64,000 nt of DNA, taken from an uncultured Acidobacteriota bacterium (GTDB lineage Bacteria; Acidobacteriota; Blastocatellia; RBC074). Of this stretch, positions 58,792 through 64,000 are shown in pieces (position 1 is the stretch's first letter; each line of letters begins with the position of its first letter). A program made the translations under genes and the position numbers. The stretch lies in the NCBI GenBank assembly GCA_963796275.1, contig CAWCKY010000001.1:640001-704000 (forward strand). Direction: 5' to 3'. Below the pieces are notes generated by a model. It saw nothing but the letters and a program-made list of their open reading frames with translations, ran no database searches and had not been told where the DNA came from.

Positions 58792-58909
58792 TCATTTACC
58801 TCCCGCGGGTTTCAAGATTCACTACAGAATGATAACCTGAGTATTAGTTTTTAACCCGAATCGATAAATTTAAATCGGCAAATTTATAGCAAATTTATAT
58901 AAGATAATC

Positions 58910-60671
58910 GTGCAAACCCACAATCATCCTCAAACGGACGGGCAGAAAAAGTCTGAAATCAAATACATCATTGCGCTGGTCATTTTGTGTGCGGTCGTGA
59001 ATTTTTTCGGCCTTGGCCAGCTACCGCTGATCGGTCCCGATGAGCCCCGTTACGCCGAAGTAGCACGTGAGATGTATGAAGCGCGTGATTGGGTTACGCC
59101 ACGGCTTGGCGGCATCGACTGGTTTGAAAAACCGGCATTGACCTATTGGATCCTCAATTACGGGTTACACACTGTTCGGTGTATCGGAATTTTCTGCGCG
59201 GGTCGGCATCGCGCTGTTGGCGAGCATCGGGGTACTGCTCCTCTATTTTTTCGGGAAGAAAGTTCGATCGGCCCGGTTCGGTTACCTCAGCGCATCGACG
59301 CTGGTGACCTGTGGTATGTGGCCCGGATTCTCGCGCGCCGTGACCTTTGATCTCACCTTGTCTGTGACTTTGGAGCTGGGGTTCCTCAGTTTTTTTCTCT
59401 GGCAGAGAACGGAAGAGCCGAGAAGGAGAAAATACCTATGGCTGTTATTCTGCTCTGCTCTTGGATTAGCTGTCCTGGCCAAGGGTTTAGTGGGAGTTCT
59501 GTTGCCGGTTCTCGTCATCGGGCCGTATCTTTTGCTAACCAGGCAAGTGAGGAGTGTGTTGAAACCGGGTCTGATCCTACCCGGGATATTTGTTTTCGCT
59601 GCGACCGCGGCGACATGGTATTGGCCGGTGATATCGCGTCACGGCTATGAATTCATCAACGAATTTTTTCTCTCGCATCATCTTCAACGATATGTGAGCA
59701 ATAAATTTCGCCACCCGCAGCCATTTTATTTCTTTGGGATAATCGTCTTCGCCGGGATTTTCCCATGGTCGTTCTATTTCATATCGAATGCATGGCAATC
59801 GGTGAAGCAGCTCCGGACGAATTTCGACTGGTCGAGCGACCGGTTGACTCTGTTCCTGTGGCTCTGGGTCCTGATGCCGGTTCTTTTCTTTTCTTTCTCC
59901 GGATCGAAACTGCCCGGTTATATCCTGCCCGTTTTTCCGCCAATCGCAATGATCGTCGGTATGGAACTGGAAAAGTGGTGGGAAGCAGAGGAGCCGAAGC
60001 GAATGAAGTTTCTCGCCTTGGCCACCGCAATAATGATCATCATGGTGGCGGCGGGATTAGGTTTGCTCGGCGACCGGGAACTCGGGTTGAGTCTATTCGA
60101 TGCTTTCAAGGTCGCAACTATAGCCATTGTCGCTGCGGTCGTTTATCTCGCATTGTGGATTTTGTTAAGCGGCAGGGCAGCGACTCTCTTTCTTCCATTC
60201 GGCCTCGCACTGGTCATCGTGACCGCGGTAAATCTGATCTTTCCCGTTTTGGGAAATAGCGAAACGCTTCGCGATCTATCATTGATGGCCAAGAAATCGG
60301 CAAAACCGGGCGAACGGTTGGTCTTTTACATTGATCACAATCAGGGGATCAATTTTTACGCGCCCGACCTGCCATTGCGAGACAATCGATCGGAATTGAT
60401 AACGGTAATGTCATTTGAAGAGATTGAGTCATTAGTTCAGGCCAGAGGCGGGGCGAGCATCCTCGTGATTTCGCCCAAGCATATGGCTGATAGAAAGAGC
60501 GCAAGAATCCTATTGCAGACAGAGAAACTGGGGGAGCAGAAGCGCAATATTCGATGTTCTCCCGGATGTGATTGGGTACTTTTTCGGGCGCAATTGAAGT
60601 CCGATAGGCAGTATGCGGTAAACGGTGTGCAGCAATTCAATGAGGAACAAGAGGGAAAAAATAAGCAATGA
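58910..60671 (+). CDS. ArnT/PMT-family membrane glycosyltransferase, apparent frameshift near 59152
   Basis: DEPRYAEVAREM and FEKP.L.YW in one frame, FGVSEFSAR, LAKG and SKLPGYILP in the next; deleting one C joins them. Confidence 0.85.
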
Positions 60672-60733
60672 AGCTAAATTTTATATTCACTTCTTTGATT
60701 TTGCTTTCACACAAGCCAAAGGAGATATGAATC

Positions 60734-61648
60734 GTGCCTGAATTTGAGGATCATTTGATACAGGCAACAGCGGCAGATTCGACGATTCGTTTGATCGCAG
60801 CGGTGACGACTAACCTCGTCAACGAGGCGAGCCGGCGGCACAACACTTCCCCGACGGCATCGGCGGCATTGGGACGGACGCTGACCGGCGCATTGTTGTT
60901 CGGCCGGACATTCAAAGACCTCGAATATGTGACAATTCGATTCGAGTGCAAAGGGCCGATCGGCGGGATTGTAGCTGAAGCGAGCGCGCATAACACCGTC
61001 CGCGGATATGTAAAAAACCCGATGGCCGACGCACCACTCAATGGGCGTGGGAAATTGGATGTGAGCGGGATCGTCGGCCAGGGGATGCTCCACGTCATCC
61101 GCGAGGCAGGATTCGAGATCGGTCTGCTGAAAGAGCCGTATTACGGATCCGTTCCGATTGTCTCCGGCGAGATTGCCGAAGACCTGACCTATTACCTGAC
61201 GATTTCTGAACAGATTAATTCGGCGGTTTCACTCGGAGTTTTTGTCGAATCCGAACAAGAGCGGGTGACAGCCGCGGGAGGGTATCTCGTCCAAGTAATG
61301 CCAGGCGCGGAAGAAGATGCTATCCGGGCAATAGAAGTATCACTTTCTTCCGCACCACACGTGACCGGTATGATTCGCGATGGAGACGACGCTGAGGGAT
61401 TGTTGCAGACGGCTCTCGGCGGGATTTCATTAGATGTCCTGGAACGGCATCCGGTTCAGTTCCGGTGTAAGTGTTCTTATGAGCGCGCGGTGAGCATTGT
61501 TACCGCCCTCGGACGAGAAGAAGTTGAGGATATGCTGGTGAAAGATAATGGCGCCGAATTGACCTGTCATTTTTGTAATGAGATTTACTACTTGGATGAT
61601 GCCGCATTACGTGGCATTCTTGAACCGCCCCAATCTCTGGTTATGTAG
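60734..61648 (+). CDS. hslO: Hsp33 redox chaperone
   Basis: SAALGR, SGEIAEDL.YY..SEQ, CKC and CHFC zinc motif. Confidence 0.95.
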   Translation: MPEFEDHLIQATAADSTIRLIAAVTTNLVNEASRRHNTSPTASAALGRTLTGALLFGRTFKDLEYVTIRFECKGPIGGIVAEASAHNTVRGYVKNPMADAPLNGRGKLDVSGIVGQGMLHVIREAGFEIGLLKEPYYGSVPIVSGEIAEDLTYYLTISEQINSAVSLGVFVESEQERVTAAGGYLVQVMPGAEEDAIRAIEVSLSSAPHVTGMIRDGDDAEGLLQTALGGISLDVLERHPVQFRCKCSYERAVSIVTALGREEVEDMLVKDNGAELTCHFCNEIYYLDDAALRGILEPPQSLVM

Positions 61649-61881
61649 TTTTGTCTAATAATCCCCCTCACGTTTCTCACAAAATTGAACCAGGACTTTC
61701 TAAATACGATCACTGTCGCACAATGGCGACCGAGGTGTTTTTCGAAAACTGGCAGAGAGAATGAGCGAAATGTGAGATTCAAGGGAAATTGATTTCAACA
61801 TGAACTGCGCCATAGCGGCGTGTTTTTGTGGTGAGATTCACTTCATTGGTAGACCGATAACTGAAATAAATAGGAGGCACT

Positions 61882-62523
61882 ATGAACATCAAATCAAAGA
61901 TAAAAGGTAGCATTAAACTTATCTTTCCCATATGTCTGATCGTTTTAGGTACGATCAACGTATTCGCGCAACAGAATGAAGTTGGCTTCTTGTTGGGTGC
62001 TAATGACACCCAGAGTCGAGATTTCGCACCGCCATCAATCGGAAGCTTTCGGCCGGGCGATGGCCTGTCATTCCAGATCGCATACGGGCGACGATTTACC
62101 GATGCGAAACTGGCGTCGATGCATTTTGAGGTTGTTTTTGCGGCAACCCCCAACACCGACATCAATTCCTCGAATGTCGCCCTGCCGCGCAGCTATTCTT
62201 CGCTATTTCTGACGCCGGGACTGAAATTTAAGCTTTTACCGGGATTCTTCATCAGCCCTTACGTTGCGGCGGGAGCGGGTTATGCCCGATTTAACGTAAG
62301 CGACACGACGATCTCCGGAGGGACTACTTCTATCGTCTCTCGTGGTTCTAACAAGGGAGTTTACAACTACGGCGTCGGTGCTGAGCTTCGTTTCTTCCCA
62401 GGACTGGCCCTGCGTGGGGAAATAAGGAATTTCGTCTCCGGGAGTCCGAACCTAGGTCCCACACTGCTACAGGACACCCGGCGGAACGTCATCTATGGCG
62501 GAGGCCTTGTAGTGAGGTTCTAA
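61882..62523 (+). CDS. Outer-membrane beta-barrel protein (OmpA/OmpW-like)
   Basis: Signal peptide, SPYVAAGAG, alternating strands, C-terminal Phe; GGAGG RBS. Confidence 0.85.
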   Translation: MNIKSKIKGSIKLIFPICLIVLGTINVFAQQNEVGFLLGANDTQSRDFAPPSIGSFRPGDGLSFQIAYGRRFTDAKLASMHFEVVFAATPNTDINSSNVALPRSYSSLFLTPGLKFKLLPGFFISPYVAAGAGYARFNVSDTTISGGTTSIVSRGSNKGVYNYGVGAELRFFPGLALRGEIRNFVSGSPNLGPTLLQDTRRNVIYGGGLVVRF

Positions 62524-62635
62524 ATCAGTTCATTACTTCTTCCGTGTCCCTCTGAAGTTGCCCCAGTTCCCCATCCCCCACCATCACCCGGAACGAGACG
62601 AACAATTAAGTACGGGCACTTGATGCGTGACACGA

Positions 62636-62682
62636 AAAAGCAAAACCGCCAAGAGTTACCTTATCTGTCTCTTAGCGGCTTT
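62636..62682 (-). terminator. Probable intrinsic terminator of the CHRD gene
   Basis: CCGCCAAGAG / CTCTTAGCGG stem with an adjacent A-run on the + strand. Confidence 0.45.
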
Positions 62683-62738
62683 GAGTATGAAACTGCTCTT
62701 TTAATTATTCCTTTGGAGAGGCTGGGTTGTTATTTGCT

Positions 62739-63317
62739 TTAGCGATGATGACGATCGTCATCGTCGTCATCGGCGCTGATTTGACCGCGAACCTCACCAC
62801 CCGGGAACAGGGAAGAATGCACGTTAGCATATGTCACGCCACTGCGTATGGCTTGCAGCAGATCTGCAAATTCTCCGGCACTAACCCCCTGACCTGCTGG
62901 GCCGACGACGTCAGCGGCAGTGACCGTTCCAGTCACCTTCCCTGAGTTCAGACTCGGACCCATACAAAGCGGCGTGCTCGCTACCGGACTCGGATTTGCT
63001 GCTGTCTGACAGAGCCAAACAGAAATGCCGCCATTGACACCCTTTTGGCCCACATGAATATGACCTTGCCTGACCTCTCCCTGTAGATTGTCATAGCTCA
63101 GTTCATATTGGATCGATTTTTCATCTCTCGAGATTGTCGCCTTGAATTCGCCGCTCGCTGGGGTAATTACCGCAGGTGGTTCTTCAATCCCCCTTAGTGT
63201 GGCTCTCAGAAACCTATCCCTACTTCCGTGCGCGACAGCCAGCGCCACAATGCCGGCCACCGCAATTAACGTAACGGCGGACGCAAACACTGTAATCTTC
63301 TTGTACTTCTGCATCAT
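62739..63317 (-). CDS. Secreted CHRD-domain protein
   Basis: L.G.EEPP, HIHVG..G.NG, YANVHS..FPGGEVRGQI; GGAGG RBS before ATG 63317. Confidence 0.88.
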   Translation of the reverse strand: MMQKYKKITVFASAVTLIAVAGIVALAVAHGSRDRFLRATLRGIEEPPAVITPASGEFKATISRDEKSIQYELSYDNLQGEVRQGHIHVGQKGVNGGISVWLCQTAANPSPVASTPLCMGPSLNSGKVTGTVTAADVVGPAGQGVSAGEFADLLQAIRSGVTYANVHSSLFPGGEVRGQISADDDDDDRHHR

Positions 63318-63823
63318 CCTGGTTCCTCCTAATTTTTTTCTGGTTTGAATATTGGTTGATTGAGACGGTTTAAGCAATGTCTCTTGTGCTATTACGAGAA
63401 TAATCTGCAACCCAGTTCTCCGGATATCCGGAGAAAGAATTGCAAATGTCGATTTTAGAACGGTTACCCGTCAAATCGATTGAATTAGGGAGGGATTTAA
63501 CTGGCGACTTTCAGTAATCCCGAGTTAGAAATTGGAGAATTAACCACGGGGGCATTGAGAAGAATCAGAGCCTGGATATGCCTGATTATTAAATTAGCAT
63601 TTTGATCTCCAAGGGTCAAAGGTCGAATGTTCCCATGGTCGCGCTTCCAACCTAAGAGCCTAAATCAGTCAATTTCTGTTCCACTCACGGGTCACACGGA
63701 ACTCAAAGCTGATACAGTATTTAACTAAAATTGCCGAGCTGGCTCGCTCACGAGTGACACTATTTGTTTCAGCACTTGAGACAGAAAGCGGAACAAAAAA
63801 TTTTTTAGAAAAAGGAGACCTAT

Positions 63824-64000
63824 CTACCGGGGATTGAATGCTTCGACAAACACGCTTTCCGGCGCGCGTTCAGCGAGGTCGAGGTCACCCGGGTTCGGTA
63901 TTATCGTCTCCCCAGCATTTAGCACCCTCGGATCACAAAACCCAGACTTCAAGAGTAGACGGCATAGAGATTCGCCGTCATACATCCAAAGGTGGTGTCT
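63824..64000 (-). CDS. C-terminal part of a class I SAM-dependent methyltransferase (5' end outside window)
   Basis: Translated by hand: RHHLWMYDGESLCRLLLKSGF...DLAERAPESVFVEAFNPR*. Confidence 0.6.
   Translation of the reverse strand, partial: RHHLWMYDGESLCRLLLKSGFCDPRVLNAGETIIPNPGDLDLAERAPESVFVEAFNPR

Noticed and set aside
1-64000. tRNA, rRNA, IS transposase, integrase, prophage or defence island
   Set aside because: No such motifs were recognised on either strand; the content is housekeeping and metabolic.

Overview
Bacterial core-chromosome window of moderate GC. Gene style and content (paired stand-alone MacB-type permeases, an Oar-type TonB-dependent receptor, a 'GYTLNYAPLEQ' Ser/Thr kinase, the gatB insertion) suggest Acidobacteriota, probably Blastocatellia; this is inference. 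It holds gatB, a cyclophilin, two ABC permeases, a Bacillus-type fatty-acid degradation cluster (fadR-lcfA-FNR-like-fadN-fadA-fadE-MBL hydrolase), pfkA, an IMPase-like gene, a receptor kinase, ftcd, ggt, glycerate kinase-NRAMP-GntR, polA, ilvE, trm112-GT9-hldA, a 3D-domain gene, CocE, a TBDR-oxidoreductase-DUF6807 cluster, an orphan DUF1795 gene, an M48 peptidase, gnnA-like and arnT-like genes, hslO, an OM beta-barrel and a CHRD protein. I found no rRNA, tRNA, CRISPR array, transposase or prophage. The most notable signals are non-coding. (1) Recurrent intergenic hairpins are built from inverted arrays of 7-mer repeats (plus related 8/9-mer types), sometimes nested, and there is a perfect 30-bp REP-like inverted repeat. 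(2) Two regulons can be read from the DNA: a FadR box over the fadR promoter, and TGGT-N3-ACCA operators linking the GntR regulator to the distant TBDR cluster. (3) Two candidate sRNAs display anti-Shine-Dalgarno motifs. Three single-base frameshifts at short homopolymers are probably sequencing errors.
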